Source of the DNA: Octopus vulgaris
Taxonomy: Eukaryota
NCBI GenBank assembly: GCA_951406725.2
Contig: OX597820.1
Coordinates: 95,604,001-95,668,000 of the forward strand
Length of the DNA: 64,000 bases
Direction: 5' to 3'
Under the pieces are notes generated by a model. The model was given only the letters and a program-made list of their open reading frames with translations. It made no database searches and was not told the origin of the DNA. Made by a program: the position numbers and the translations under genes. This document shows positions 38,776 to 53,168 of this stretch, in pieces. Positions within the stretch are counted from its first letter, which is position 1. Every line of letters starts with the position of its first letter.

Positions 38776-39059
38776 CATAGGCGTACACGAGTATGTTGTA
38801 TAGATAGGCAGTTTAACTGAGTGACTAAAAAGTTTGCCTCGCAACCACAAGATCCCCTATTCATTCTCACTGAACGACGTCTTAGGCCATTACAATTTTC
38901 TATAGCCCCAAGTCAATCTATAACTTGTGAATGAAATTGGGCAATCAGAAACAGTACTGAAGCCCATCAGGTAGACCGAATCTGTAATTCAAAAAGTACA
39001 GCATTGTCCCTTACTGCGAAACACCGATTGAGACAATTACGTTAAGAGTACATATGTTT

Positions 39060-39255
39060 ATCTTATGTCTTTTACTTGTTTAAATCATTGGACAGCTGCC
39101 ATGGTAGATCACTGCATGGAAGAGTTTTAGTCGAACTAATCGACACCAGGTCTTAATTTTAAAGCTCGGTGCTTATTCTATGGGTTTCTCTTGCCGAACC
39201 GCTAAGTTACGGAAACGTAAACACACCAGCGTCGATTTTCAAGCGATGTTGAGAG

Positions 39256-39293
<38 letters not shown>

Positions 39294-39440
39294 ATAGCTT
39301 CTTTCAGTTTCCATCTACTCACAAGGCTTTGGTCGGCTCGAGGCTATAATAGAAGACACTTGCCCAATGTGATACGCAGTAGGACTGAACCCAGAACGAT
39401 GTGATTGTTAAGCAAGCTACTTACCACACAGGCACACGAG
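39060..39440 (-). mobile_element. Diverged SINE with internal (CA)n
   Basis: Minus-strand head GTGGTAAG...GGTTCAGTCC and TTGGGCAAGTGTCTT. A relative lies at 59050-59480. Confidence 0.7.
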
Positions 39441-39851
39441 ATATATATATGCATATATATATATATCTATGTTTCATACTTCCATTTGGTAGCCGAAAGA
39501 TTACTTAATGCATACACACACACACATATATATACATACATAAATACATACATACACACATGCATGCATATATATATATATATGGAAAACACGCAGTAAT
39601 GCTCAAATGGTTTGCACTTAAACTCCGAAATCTTTATCAAGGACTACGTCAATGGAGTGGCTAAGAGAAATTCAGGTGAGCTGATATGGAGATAATGATG
39701 CAGATAAATATGCGCGAACTTGATATATAAAATATACACACAATTTTACATGTAAATTTGTTTAGTAAGTATATAAATAACTATACGCTTATACATGAGT
39801 GTTCATGATTATTTCCAGGTTTTGTTTCTCAATCTATATATTTGCATGTGC

Positions 39852-40111
<260 letters not shown>

Positions 40112-40419
40112 CTCTCCCTTTATATATAATGCTAGCAATGCAACCCAATAACATCACGACTAACTCTTATAGCAGTACATGTATCTGATAAGGAAAAATT
40201 GATTTGAAATTGTACCAATCAGTGAACACGGTGTCGATCCCGATCAATGAAATTGCCCTCGCACAGATGCGCGGTGTTGCTGTTGTCTTCACTGAGGTTA
40301 TCAGGTCAAACATTATAGTACAACTTCAACCACTGTGAAAAATAGGGTGATTGTAGCAAAATCCTTACGGCTTCTTGGATACGCGTGAATATATGCTAAT
40401 AACGATAAGCAATTTTACA

Positions 40420-41000
40420 TAAACTGGGTTGAATAATAATAAAAATGTTAAAGGCAAAAAAGCTGGGAAGGTTTTAGTCATTGCTTCACGTTTAACCACA
40501 CTTGAACGAATATAGGATATTACTTTGCTTAATCCTTGGGGAAATTTTATCGAATTTAAATCTGAGAACGCTCGTTGGTATTCCTGAGTTGTTTGCTACC
40601 AAGGAAATCTACATGGACTAACTGTTTTAGGTAGTAATGCCAGGTGTGATCACACTTATGCCAGAAACACAGTTCATTAGTCAATTTTCTGTAGAAAAAT
40701 AGGGTTTTGTGCAAAGAAATGGTATCAACACATTGTTTAATCATGGAATACTGAAGACGTTCACATTGGCACAAAGGCCATTATTGACGGAAAATGTGCA
40801 AATATTTTGTTCCATAAAAGCATGTTTCTGATCATTTTCCGTTTGTGATGCAGCAAGGGTTTGGTGCATCACAAATGCGCTCATAACACACCTTGTACAT
40901 TGCTGTATTTTTTGACACCGAAAACATTAAAATTGGCAACGTATATAAGAAGCAAATCCAAATATTGCATGAAAATGATCTCAAAATTGTGCGACCCGAC
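40420..41000 (-). mobile_element. Very decayed Tc1/mariner-type transposase
   Basis: ERLQYSMIKQ..LCFWHKCDHTWHY (resembles WFQQDGAxxH) and RAFSDLNSIKF (resembles SPDLNPxxF). Confidence 0.35.
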
Positions 41001-42128
41001 CTTACATTTGAGGTTATTTTTGTAGTAAAAAGAGTTGTCGTGCAAAGATCATACTTCCATTTGGTAGCTGAAAGATTACTGAATCTTTTGATACTTCATA
41101 CGTCAAAATCGGCATCCCAGTTTTCGAATCCATAAGGAACATACGCACCACACACAGACACACAGATACACACACACATACACACACACACATACGCACA
41201 CACACAACTCTGTTTTATATATATGTGTGTGTGTGTGTGTGTGTATACGATAAGCAAGTTTCGCTTTCCATCTATCAAATCTACTGAAAAGGCTTTGAGA
41301 TATTTGCTCAAGGTTGCACGCAATACCCCCACGAAACACGCACGCATACGCATACATATATGCACGCAATCAGCTTTCTATCACGATTAATCACTTTCCA
41401 TTTATAGTTTACTACAACCATGTCATATTATTTCCGTAGATTGAAGGGACCGATTTTCCATTGTTTAGTTAACGTGTACAACAAGTGACAGTGAAGATAA
41501 GTCGCAGCTGGATCGTGCAAGTGTTGGTTTGAAGTAATTTTCCGATAAACGAGATGATATTTATTTCGATACGGCCTCATATAAATTTTATATACGTCTT
41601 AATATACGCTTGTGCGTGATGATTCTTTGCCAAGATATATTTCTTGTTAGTACTCATACGGATGCTATTAAATATCATTTGAGTCAAACTGGATTTTTCT
41701 TGGATAAAGGATTCTTGAATCGATCAGTTATTTTGAGACGATTTTAATACCCACCTTCTACATACAACTTCATGAGATTCTTAAATTTGATGAGGATGGC
41801 AGTCAACTATTATAAGAAATCTAGCTTGAATTACTTCTTTAGAAATCCTACTTATTGACTTCTCACTTGATAACCATAAATATTAAAAGAAACCGACCAT
41901 TCTTTACTAAAAAAAGAAAGAAACTGATGGAATGAAAGTAAAATGAGAATGAGAAAGAATGTGAGTGAGAGAGAGATACACACGCACACAGAGCGGGAGA
42001 GAAATACAGTGAAAAGTGGAGATGAAGAGAGAAGTCCTAAGTCACAAATGTTTCTACATGAAACACAATCCTGTTATTTCCTTTCTTCCCTAGAGATTCT
42101 GAAACGAAACCCGATACTCTAAACTTAC

Positions 42129-43858
42129 CACAATAGTGCTGTAAAAGTGGGAACTAGAAAACAAAACAAAGGAAGGGTATTCTTTTTATTTGTGTCAGCT
42201 TTTATGTTAAGGATTGAATATTGAGCGAGAGAAATAATCCTTTCTACTATAGGCATTAGGCCTGACATTTTTGGTGAAGGGACCAGTCGATTACATCGAC
42301 TCCAGTGAGTAAGTGGCACTTAATTTATCGACCCCGAAATGATGAAAGGCAAAATCGACTCTGGCGGCATTTGAACTCAGAACATGATGACAAACGAAAT
42401 ACCTATTTCTTTACTACCCACAAGGAGCTAAACACAGAGAGGACAAACAAGGACAGACAAACGGATCAAGTCGATTATACCGACCCCAGTGCGTAACTGG
42501 TACTTATTTAATCGACCCCGATAGGATGAAAGGCAAAGTCGACCTCGGCAGAATTTGAACTTAGAACGTAGCGGCAGACGAAATACCTATTTCTTTACTA
42601 CCCACAAGGGGCTAAACAAAGAGAGGACAAACAAGGACAGACAAACGGATCAAGTCGATTATACCGACCCCAGTGCGTAACTGGTACTTATTTAATCGAC
42701 CCTTATAGGATGAAAGGCACAGTCGACCTCGGCGGAATTTGAACTCAGAACGTAACGGCAGACGAAATACCTATTTCTTTATTAGCCACAAGGGGCTAAA
42801 CACAGAGGGGACAAACAAGGACAGACATAGGTATTAAGTCGATTACATCGACCCCAGTGCGTAACTGGTACTTAATTTATCGACCCCGAAAGGATGAAAG
42901 GCAAAGTCGACCTCGGCGGAATTTGAACTCACAACGTAACGACAGACGAAATACCGCTAAGCATTTCGTCCAGCTAACGATTCTGCCAACTCGCCGCCTG
43001 ACCGAGAAAAATAATATAAAAACTTTTTCTAAATATACAAATTCAGTTAAACGCTCGCTGTATGACCATATCCGTATGGTCAGACATTCCTATTTCTAAC
43101 AGTTGAGAAGAAGTTAGATTGATCTTGTATTAATGACACACCTTATCGTTTGAAATTTATTGAAAAATCTATCACACACTTGAATTTATTACTAAAGAGA
43201 ATTGGGTTTCGTACACTATCATAATCACTGATTTGTTTTTAAAAACCAGAAATCCTTTCTACATTGTAACAGTTACATTTTCCAGATACGCTACTGAAAT
43301 CAATAATATTATTTAAAGCGATGTTACACACCCCAATAAATCACTTCATTTATCGGGGGAAAAAATGTTATCCACAATTGCTATTTCGGTTGTTGATTCA
43401 TTTCGGATAATCTCGCTAACCTTTGCCATCCTTAACTATCCATAGCTTATCATAAAAGGAAACAAAAAATCCCAGCAGATCAACACGCGCGCAGATTCCC
43501 GGTCAGAATATTTTGATTTGCTTTTCTCTGTGTTACATCTTCCAGTCCAGCTATTGATCGGTTCTCTTGCTATAGGAAAGAAGCATTTGTCGATGAAAAC
43601 TAATCTATATTATTATATTTTCCAGCATTACTAAGTCAATATCGCTGGTATTTAGAATCTGTTGTTAGCTAAATTATCTTTATCATCAACATAAGATCGA
43701 CAGACTGTCTAGATGTAAATACGATGAATTTTACTGCTCAAAGTTGTAAGCAGTCGGAATATTGTATTAACGCTTAGCGTTACTTAGCTTGCAATTTATT
43801 ACCTATCTTAAGTAAGATATAGCTTGGAAATGGATGTTCACCACTAAGATGAGCTGTC
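42129..43858 (-). pseudogene. Decayed multi-LRR exon interrupted by a SINE array
   Basis: Poly-T/AG acceptor at 43860 and GTAAGT donor at 42128. Removing the SINE and one TSD copy gives YLEKVFILFLSLN / SILNIKADT. Also NLANNRF, LFSNKFK and QRAF. Many stops and frameshifts. Confidence 0.55.
42239..42998 (-). mobile_element. SINE concatemer (four core domains, ~184-bp period) with 17-bp TSD
   Basis: CGAAATACC recurs at ~42395, 42580, 42763 and 42947. TSD 42222-42238 / 42999-43015 (15/17). Confidence 0.9.
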
Positions 43859-44869
43859 CTAGATATACAACATAAATATGAATATATATAAAAAAAAAAA
43901 AAAAACAACTACCGTGTGGGTAATGGGAAGAAGACAAAAATATAACAAAAACGCAACGACAGTGGTATAAGAAGCATAAATGTCTTACTCCTGTTTTTAG
44001 TGTTGGTTTTGATTTGAAATGTCATAGGGGTAAACATTTATTTTTTTGACTTGATGAAAGGAATATCAGCTACATACAAGAATCAGTATAATACATTAAA
44101 CTATCCCCTCGCAAACACATTGCATGAGCTGATTGAAGAAATTATTATTACGGTTAAACGCAGCAGAGGTACAAAATTAGTAGGGTCTGCTCATATTTAG
44201 TTATATCTCTATGTTTTGAGTGGAAATTAAGTTGGGATCAACTTTGCCGTAATTGGTGAAAAAAATGTCACGCTTTTAGCATATTCTGCTATTGTTGTTA
44301 TTCCATACTTCTGTTTGGCAATTTCTCAACAAAATAAGAAAATATACAAGAACACACATGTGTATGTGTGATAACATTTACAAGTCAAATGTACTGACAC
44401 ATACACGACCGCATGTAAACCTTAGCTTGCATCAAATTTAACCCTTTTTTTCAGCACAGCGCCATCTGTATGTTTTAAAATCTTTTAGACAGGAACGATG
44501 GCAGCGTCTGTGACCCTTTACAGAACTTTCGAGAATAGGAGAAAGGGATGGGAAAAGTCTCCTGAAATCGAAGACCTGGTCTGAATGCTTGCAACAGAGC
44601 AGATTCAAAAAAAAAAAAAAGACACCTATGGTGACATGTAGGGCCTTTATACAGGCCGATAGGTCAAGTCTTCTAGCTAAGTATGCCAAAGAGAAATTTG
44701 AACTCAGAACGCAAAGTTCTGAAGAGTTCTGAAATTCTTCAAGTCACCCGATTCGATATTCTTGCTGTTTTGCCAATCCCCCATCTTAGACTGGTATTTA
44801 GTTCATCGACTCCGAAATGATGAAAGACAATACTGACCTTCTATTGGGTAGGTATTACTGTTATGACAG

Positions 44870-45010
44870 AAAACAGTCTAAACTGCTTAAATGCATTTGG
44901 ATTGGCCAAAACCTGCTTCAGGAACAACTGATATTAATACCTAAAACCAAAGTAGCGAAGACCATTATAGACTATTCACAACTCATTTCAAACAATAAGA
45001 TTGCTTGCTT
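44870..45010 (+). mobile_element. Small non-LTR RT fragment
   Basis: KLLKCIW..LILIPKTKVAKTIIDYSQL resembles the LIPK..DFRPI block. Confidence 0.4.
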
Positions 45011-45072
45011 TTGGCACATTTGGTCATCTGGCGAAGAAAGATCTGAATCTCTTCTAGATTATGACAATCACG

Positions 45073-45292
45073 AAGGCTGCGAGCTGGCAGAAACGTTAGG
45101 ACGCTGGGTAAAATGTTTAGCGGCATTTCGTTCGTTTTTACGTTCTGAGTTCAAATTCCACCGAGGGTGACTTTGTCTTTCATCGTTTCGGGGGTTGATG
45201 AAATAAGTTTCAGTCAAGTAGTGGGGTCGGTGTAATCGATTTCCCTCTACTCTGAAAAACTGTTGGCTCTGTGCCAAAATTTGAAACCATTA
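45073..45292 (+). mobile_element. tRNA-derived SINE
   Basis: Family motifs. Confidence 0.85.
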
Positions 45293-45989
45293 TATCAGTA
45301 AGTTGCTATGCTCTACTTGGAAACGGAAGACATCTCTCGCATACTCACAACTGTTGTCGTTCTCACTTATTGGGAAAGTCGTCACTATAGTCTATAAAGA
45401 TCGCATAGATGTAACTCTCAATTTGAATATCTCACTCTCTCAACGCTCAAACTAAATAAATAAGAATTAGCTTATATGGTGATGTTCGAGTTACCCCCAA
45501 ATCATTCTTATGTAAAATTTTGTTTGTGTAGCAATGCAATGGAAATCCGATTACATAACTTAAAACTTTCTATGGATACCAGAATTGCAAATTAAGTTTC
45601 TTGCCAAGATTCGACGAAAGCGAGCCAATATTTTAAGTGAATTATTTAGAAACAAGATTAATCACCTGAAGCGAATATGAACTAATTACTTATCAGTGAT
45701 TTAAAAAACTATTCAATATTAATAATCACATTATGCTTACTCATACTGAATGTACACTGGCGGGGATAAAAGAAAAAGACATCTAAACACTTGAAAGAAT
45801 AAACATTAAATACATCTTCTGTTCTACGATATAGTGAATGGAGAAGAATAGTAAGTCGAAGATTAGTTTTGAGATTGTCCTTAAAACTATCTTAACAGAA
45901 TTATTTTGAGCTCAATTTGAATTCATGAAAGTTAGTTGCTGTCCAATTTACAAGAGTAACATAAAATTTAAGCACTAATAACAAAACAA

Positions 45990-46441
45990 CGGCTTCTGAT
46001 TTAGACACGAGGCAACAATTTTGAGGGAAGGTTCTATATCGATATCACTGATCCCAGCACTTGGCAGGTAGATTATTTTATCAACCCTAGAGCGATGAAA
46101 AGTAAAGTTGGCCCCGATGTGATTTAACCTCAAAGCATAAAAGTAGGAAGGAATACTACCAAACATATTGTGCGACGCTGTAACGATTCTATCTTGCAGC
46201 TTTTAATGTATTAAAAATGATTGCTTCTGATTTAGTCACAGGGCCAACATTTTTGAGGGGAAGGAATTACATTATACCAATCGACTCTAGTACTTGGTAC
46301 TTTACATAATCGACCACCTCGTGAAGGAAAAACAAGTTGATCTCAACGGGATTTGAACTCAGATCGTAAAGATTCGGAAGAAGTATGGCAAAGCATTAGG
46401 GATAATAGCTTTATATCCAACGTTGGCACAAAACTATATAT

Positions 46442-46514
<73 letters not shown>

Positions 46515-46920
46515 CGTGCGTGTGTGCGTGTATGTGTGTATATGGATATAGTTGATTAAATCGACTTGATTGGAACTTAATTGATCCTGGAAAGAAGAAA
46601 GGCAAAGTTGGTCTCGGGGGTGTTTGAACTAAGAAGGTAAAGAATTATAACTGAATACAGGAAGACATTTAATATGATGCTCTAACGATTTTTCTACTCA
46701 AACCTTATTTATGACACAAGGCCAGCAATTTTGAGGGTGGGTGATGGTAAGTTAATACCCACGAGCCCTGCATTTGACTGATACTAATTTTATCGACTCA
46801 GAAAGGATGGAAAGCAAATTTGGCCTCGGTGAGATTTAAACTCAGAGCATAAGAAACTAGAACTAGTGCCACAAGGTATTTTTTCAGACGCTTTAACGAT
46901 TCTGCCAATTTTCTGCTTTC
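45990..46920 (-). mobile_element. Cluster of about four old SINE copies with (TG)n
   Basis: Recurrent GATGAAAG..AAAGTTG..TTTGAACTCAGA..AACGATTCT motifs. Confidence 0.7.
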
Positions 46921-47721
46921 GCAGTTCAACGATATTGCACTTAAGAAGAATAAACATACTAACTATTAGATAAATACAAGTATAACTTAGTTACTTTGAT
47001 AAATATAAACTCATTTGCGCACACGCACATCTTGTTTTTCCAACAGTAGAAAGTGCTCCTCATTCAAGCAAATATAAAGCTTTGATTACTAAATCCGATT
47101 AGATTCTACATACAAACGAATTGATTAAGATTTATGTTATTTGATTCACTCTGAAATACATTATTTCAGTATAATATCCTTAACGTCAAAATGACTGAAT
47201 AGCAAATCTGAAATAATTCTATTATAAAGAAAATATTTTCTGCATTTGATAAATATCGTATAAATTAACTGTTACATTCTTTGATTGGTTATTTTAAAGT
47301 ACTGATAGATATCCCATTCCAAATCTCATGATTCAGAGCTCTCTTTAATGTATGCTATCGTTATTATTTAATTTCTTAAGGCGATTAGTCGACAGAAACA
47401 TTAGCACACCGGATAAAATGCTTTGTAGCATTTCTTTCAGCTCTTTATGTTATGAGTTCAAATTCTGCCTAGGTCAACTTTGCCTTTTAGCCCTTCAAGG
47501 TGTCGATAAATAAAGGAGCAGTTGAGTACTTTGCTGACTTCGTGCCACAACTTGAAGCAATTGTTATTTCCTTGTTTATATACAAGCAGTGAAATAGCAG
47601 AATCGTTGAAGCAGAGGAAAAGATGTTTTGAGGCATATGTTGAAGCTCTCTGAGTTCAAATACTGAAGGATCCAACTCTGTCTTTCTCTCTTTTGGTATC
47701 TAGGAAAATAAGGTTCAAGTA

Positions 47722-47860
47722 TCCGGCAGTGGATTGGTGAAATTATTTGAGCGTCGGACAAAATATCCTGTGAGTTTATTGGTTGTAGACCGGATCCATC
47801 GCCCACAGTTATCTCTATCACTATGAGCGCCAGCAGCAGAGTTCTTTCTGATGAAATCAC
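47722..47860 (-). pseudogene. Possible decayed first exon (signal peptide plus LRR N-cap)
   Basis: ISSERTLLLALIVIEITVG hydrophobic stretch, then frameshifted CPTLK / ISPIHC resembling CPxxxxIxPCxC. Start codon is GTG. Confidence 0.35.
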
Positions 47861-49207
47861 TCGGGCCTGGTCTTCGGTTTGAGCGTAACCTATACCTCTT
47901 TTACACTAATCTCCGAAACTCTGAATAATTAAGGGTATAGGGACTACCATTTAATTTCATTCCTTGACTAAATGACAAAATACATATTACATTTCAATTT
48001 TGTAAATTACAACTTTTAAGAAGAATAACATTCTACTGTCAAAATATGCTTCACATAGTCTTCACAAATAATTTTCATGTATTCACTGCTACATTTGGGT
48101 ATCTGTTTTATTCTCAACTATTTCTGATTGTGCCAAATACTTATCAACTTAACGTGCATTACATTTGGTATTACTCTAATTCATTAAAATATTACCAAGT
48201 ATATTTCAGCATAGATTTCATAGTCGAATGAAAATGTTAGTTAGCAAAGTTGAATATTCATTTATTCATGTCTCCAGTCGTCAATTCAGATACCTGCCTG
48301 ACCTGCTATTTTTCAATCCCCCATTCAAATGTCCAACCGTCCATTCATATATATTCATCTATTCATTTAGATACCTACACATTTATCAACATATGTCCAA
48401 TAATCTATCTGTATTTCTGCACAGTCTATACAAATATGGTTTTCTCAGTTTATCGATTTGTACAATGGTCTTTCTCCTTTTCATTCTCTGTCTCTCTTAT
48501 ATAGCAGGCGTTTCTTCATTTCTTTCGGCCATTAATCTACCTACTCACATAGCTAACCAATTAAGTAGGAAACATTGCAAGCAAACTTTCGATTTAACCA
48601 ACAGCTAAACGGAAACAGGTTTTCAATCACTCAGCACTTTAGCACTTTAGCTACTGGCTAGTTACTGGCTATCGTATAAACAAAATTCGTGTTCTTACAA
48701 TGATTTCAATGAAATGCAGTTTGACTTTTAAAAGGCAATTTTTACCAGCTTCATAATATACATATGTCATATCAAATTTTAAACTGTTTTTCTCCTTCGT
48801 TTATTAAGTACTAAGAATATGTATTAAATTTTAAAAAAAATATAAAAAGGGTGGTTCCTAGAACAACTTAAGTAATTTGATCATTACATAAAGACATTTT
48901 TTTATCGTATAACACTATTTAATAAAATCATAGTGGTTCGGTTGTATTCTGTTGATGAAACCAAAGAACACTCGTTACTTAAGCAGTGACGGTAAAAACC
49001 CGAATCCGAGAAAACACGTTACAGTCTTTAATTAATCATCAATAAAAAATTCGATGGGATTGATTGCCATGCGGAGTGCACAATATAATGTTCCTGGCCT
49101 TGCACTCCCACCTGAGAGTGAGGAACGATAGAAAGTAGTTTTATCGCATGGGGAGTATACAAAAGTATGCAGTGATAGCAAATAAAATTATACAGAGGTA
49201 GGCAAAT

Positions 49208-49680
49208 AGAATAATCCTTCCTACTATAGGTACATGGCCTGATCCCGAAAGAATGAAAGGTAATGTTAACCTCGGCAGGATTTGAACTCAGAAAGTAAAG
49301 ACGAATGAAATGCCACCCTGGCATACTAACGATTCTTATTTCTTTATTGCCCACAAGGGGCTAAACATAGAGGGGACAAACAAGGACAGACAAAGGGATT
49401 ATGTCTATTATATCGACTCCAATGCGTAACTGTTACTTAATTTATCGACCTCGAAAGGATGAAAGGCAAAGTCGACCTCGGCGGAATTTGAACTCAGAAC
49501 GTAACGGCAGACGAAATACCTATTTCTTTACTACCCACAAGGGGCTAAACAAAGAGAGGACAAACAAGGACAGACAAACGGATTAAGTCGATTATACCGA
49601 CCCCAGTGCGTAACTGGTACTTATTTAATCGACCCCGATAGGATGAAAGACACAATCGACCTCGGCGGATTTTGAACTCA
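49208..49680 (-). mobile_element. SINE concatemer
   Basis: Same ~184-bp unit as at 42.2-43 kb. Confidence 0.88.
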
Positions 49681-49781
49681 TAACGATCAAGAGCGATCAG
49701 AGGGAAAGGTGCAGCTATGCACATGCGTGTATGAACATTTCATGTACATTCATAATACAGATGTACATACATATATGTGGG

Positions 49782-49822
<41 letters not shown>

Positions 49823-49956
49823 CTATGTCTAGCTAGCTATCTACACACACACACACATATATACGCATATTTATATTACAATACTAATTGCATATATATA
49901 TCAATAAAATAACATATACATATATAAATAAATATATACAATATACGTATTATATA

Positions 49957-52900
49957 TTGCTAGAAATAGACAGGACCGAGCGGTTATAAATATAAGCGAT
50001 CGGAGTGAATTTTGTGTTTTAGTTCAAGTTGAATTCGTAGTGAAGTCGGAAGTTGGTTAGTTCTTTTGGAATAGTGATTGCTGATTCGTGAAGAGATTGT
50101 TGGATCGTTACGTTGGTATTACGGTCGCATAGTTATTTTGTTTCTTGTAACTACACTAGTACACCATGTCTAAACTATCCGTCACAGCGTCGTGGCGGTA
50201 CCATGACATTTGGAGACGGATGGTACAACATCTGGTGACGGGGGTTTCGAAGCTCACGTAGGTTCTTTAACAATTTGTTCGTGATACAACTTGTTAAATG
50301 ACAGAAGACCTATTAGCTTCTATAATACAGTTGCTAAAGCAACAACTAGAACAGCAACAGGCGTTGCAGAAGCAACTAGTACAGCAACAACTACAGCAAC
50401 AACAATTATTGGAGCTATATACAAAGGTGTCCGAAAATGCGGTAAGTTCGTTTTCATTTGAAGGCGTATCGAACTCCATAAGACAATTCAGTAAAAACCC
50501 ACAGGGGGATATAACTTTTGCGGCGTACTACAGAAGGTACGAGGTGATTTTTAAGGAAGATTGCAACACATGGTCGGACGAAGAAAAAGTAATGTTATTA
50601 TTACGTAAATTAAGTCCGCCTGAGCATGAACAATACTGTAATTTCATATTGCCCAAAGAGTCTAGTGAAATTAGTATTCAGAAAACAATCAAATTACTGT
50701 CTAACGTATTCTGTAATAAGACCTCTCTATTTACAACATTAGAATGGAGTGTTGATATTTAAACTAAAAAAGAGAAAAATGACTTTATTACGTATGCAGG
50801 AATAGGCATGTGTGAAAAATTTAAACTTAAAGAACTTATTCCTAAGATGTTTAAATTACAGCAAATGCAGATACAGAAATACGGACAAGAATTATTTTGA
50901 AACTTGAACAAGCTAACCAAGATTTAACCCTGCAGACTGTTGCAGAAGAATGTCAGAGGATGGTGAAAAATTCAAGAAAAGGATTTCGCAAAAGTACAGA
51001 TATATCTACCGAGAAAGTATGACCAAAGAAGATTGTTAGGTCCTAATCTATGTTACGGATGTGATGGCTTATATTTCAGAAAAGTTTGTTCTTTTAAAAA
51101 TCAAAAATGTTACAGTTGTCAAAAATTTGAACACAAGTGTTCATACTGCAGAACAAAAATACAAAGGCCAAATGTAAAAAAATCTAAAGTAGAAAGTAAA
51201 ATCGACTCCTAAATAAGAAATTTGTACACGTAAAAGTAAGCGAAGCAAATATTAAGTTACAACAGGATACCGGTAGTGACATTTCAATCATTAACACCGA
51301 CACGTGGAAGAAAACAGAGAAACCTATGTTAAGAAAAATAACGAAAACTGTACGTGGCGTGACAGGTGACAAACTACATTTTGTAGGCGAAATGTGAAAT
51401 GACGTCACATTTCAAGGAAAAACGAGCAAGCGAAAGTTTTAATCGTAAAGAATGCAACCAGTCTGTTTGGTATTCATTGGTTAGAGCTATATGATTTATG
51501 GTTCTCTCGGTAAGCCCGTACTGTAAAAACTTAGATGGCTGCCCCACCGGTGAAAAACACCCAGCAGCTGAATTGAAGAAAACATTAATTAAAACGTTAT
51601 GTGATGTGTTATTCAGCAACCGTCAGTGACAGCGCATGATATAAAAATGAAATCCGTAGAGGATAATTACCCTACAAGAATGAAAGAAATGTTGAAAAAT
51701 AAGCAAAATAAAAATACAAATTCAAATACTTTTTCACTATGTGACGATGTTTTAATGCACGCGCAAAGAGTGGTAGTACCAACTGTACTACAGAAACGAG
51801 TATTGCAGGAATTCCACAGTGGACACCCGGGAATGTCGAGAATGAAAGGCTTAATGAGGATTTATGTATACTGGCCGACAGTGGACCGGGACATTGTAAA
51901 TTGTGAAAAATCATGTAGTGGTTGTGTGCTAGCAGGCAAAGCACCACCGGTGAGATACCAATCGTGGGCTATGGGGAATAGTCCGTGGTTCAGGGACAGG
52001 CATCGACTACGCTGGACCGGTGAACGGCGCATACTATTTAATTGTTGTTGATAGCGGTACAAAGTGGCCAGAGATATGCAGGTGCAATACACCAACCGCA
52101 AAGACTGCAATAAAGTTCCTGTATAAATTATTTGTTCGATACGGTGTTCCAGAAACGTTGGTGTCAGATAATAGAACAGAATTTACGGGTAGTGAATTCC
52201 AACATTTCTACAAAATACATGCTATAAAGCATATTTTTATCTCGCCTTGCCACCCGAGATCAAATGAGCAGGTTGAAAGATTCGTTGATACTTTCAAGCG
52301 AGCGTGAAGAAAAGCAAGGAACGACGTAGGTAATGACGAAGCACTAACGAAATACTTGAGGGTATACAGAATAACGCCCAATCCGAATATCAGTTCCGAA
52401 AAGTATCCGGAAGAGTTAATGTTCGCGCGAAAAATAAAATAGATCTTCGATAAATTATTGCCTGGAAAAATTATATTTAAAGAAAATACAGAAAAGGCAA
52501 CAAAACATTTTGAAGTAGGAAATAATGTTCATTTAAAAATTTACGAAAATGGTAAAGAAGGCTGGGCAGATAGTTTTGTAACTAACAGATTAGGAAACAT
52601 GATGTATGTAATTAAATGACATGTTAAGAACATAAAAGACTCCTAAACCAATTAAAGACGAGGCATACCGAAAAGCGACAGGAAATACCAATGGAAGTTT
52701 GCAATGACATGTTTGAGGTGCCAGCACCGAAAGAGATTGAGCCTCATAGAAGCAGCAGTAGAAAAGGGAAACAGACGGTATCCTTAGAAATAGTGCCAAA
52801 ACGAAAAAGTTATATAAAAAAGAGGGAGAGATGCTGGAAAAATAGGAAATAAAATAAATTTCACTTCTTACGGAAGTCGAAATCTCAAAGGGGGAGATGT

Positions 52901-53168
52901 TGTGATGAGAGTCCCGACGCCCACTTGCGAGAAATAGACTGGACTAAACGATTATAAATCGTAGCGGTCGGAGTGACGTCTGTGTGTTTGATTTGAGTCC
53001 GCAGTGAAGTTGGAATGTTTTTTCGTGAAGAGATTGTTGGACCGTTACGTTGTTATTACAACTGCATCGTTATCTTGTTTACTGTTACTACACTGGTACA
53101 GTGTATCTAAACCATCCGACACAATATCGTGGCAGTACCTACAATATTTGGAGACGGACGATACAGCA
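49957..53168 (+). mobile_element. Degenerate Ty3/Gypsy (Mag-like) provirus lacking RT/RNase H
   Basis: LTRs ~49957-50230 (5'-truncated) and 52898-53168 (TG..CA). PBS-like TGGTGAC at 50233; PPT AAAGGGGGAGA. Gag at 50298 with double CCHC-like knuckle; protease DTGSDISII; integrase HSGHPG..CSGC, IVVDSGTKW, VSDN, ERF. Confidence 0.92.

Noticed and set aside
42239-42998. Regularly spaced repeats resembling a CRISPR array
   Set aside because: The whole unit repeats, there are no unique spacers or cas genes, and the context is a eukaryotic SINE.
50298-50762. Glutamine-rich host protein
   Set aside because: It follows the LTR and PBS directly and has Gypsy gag character.
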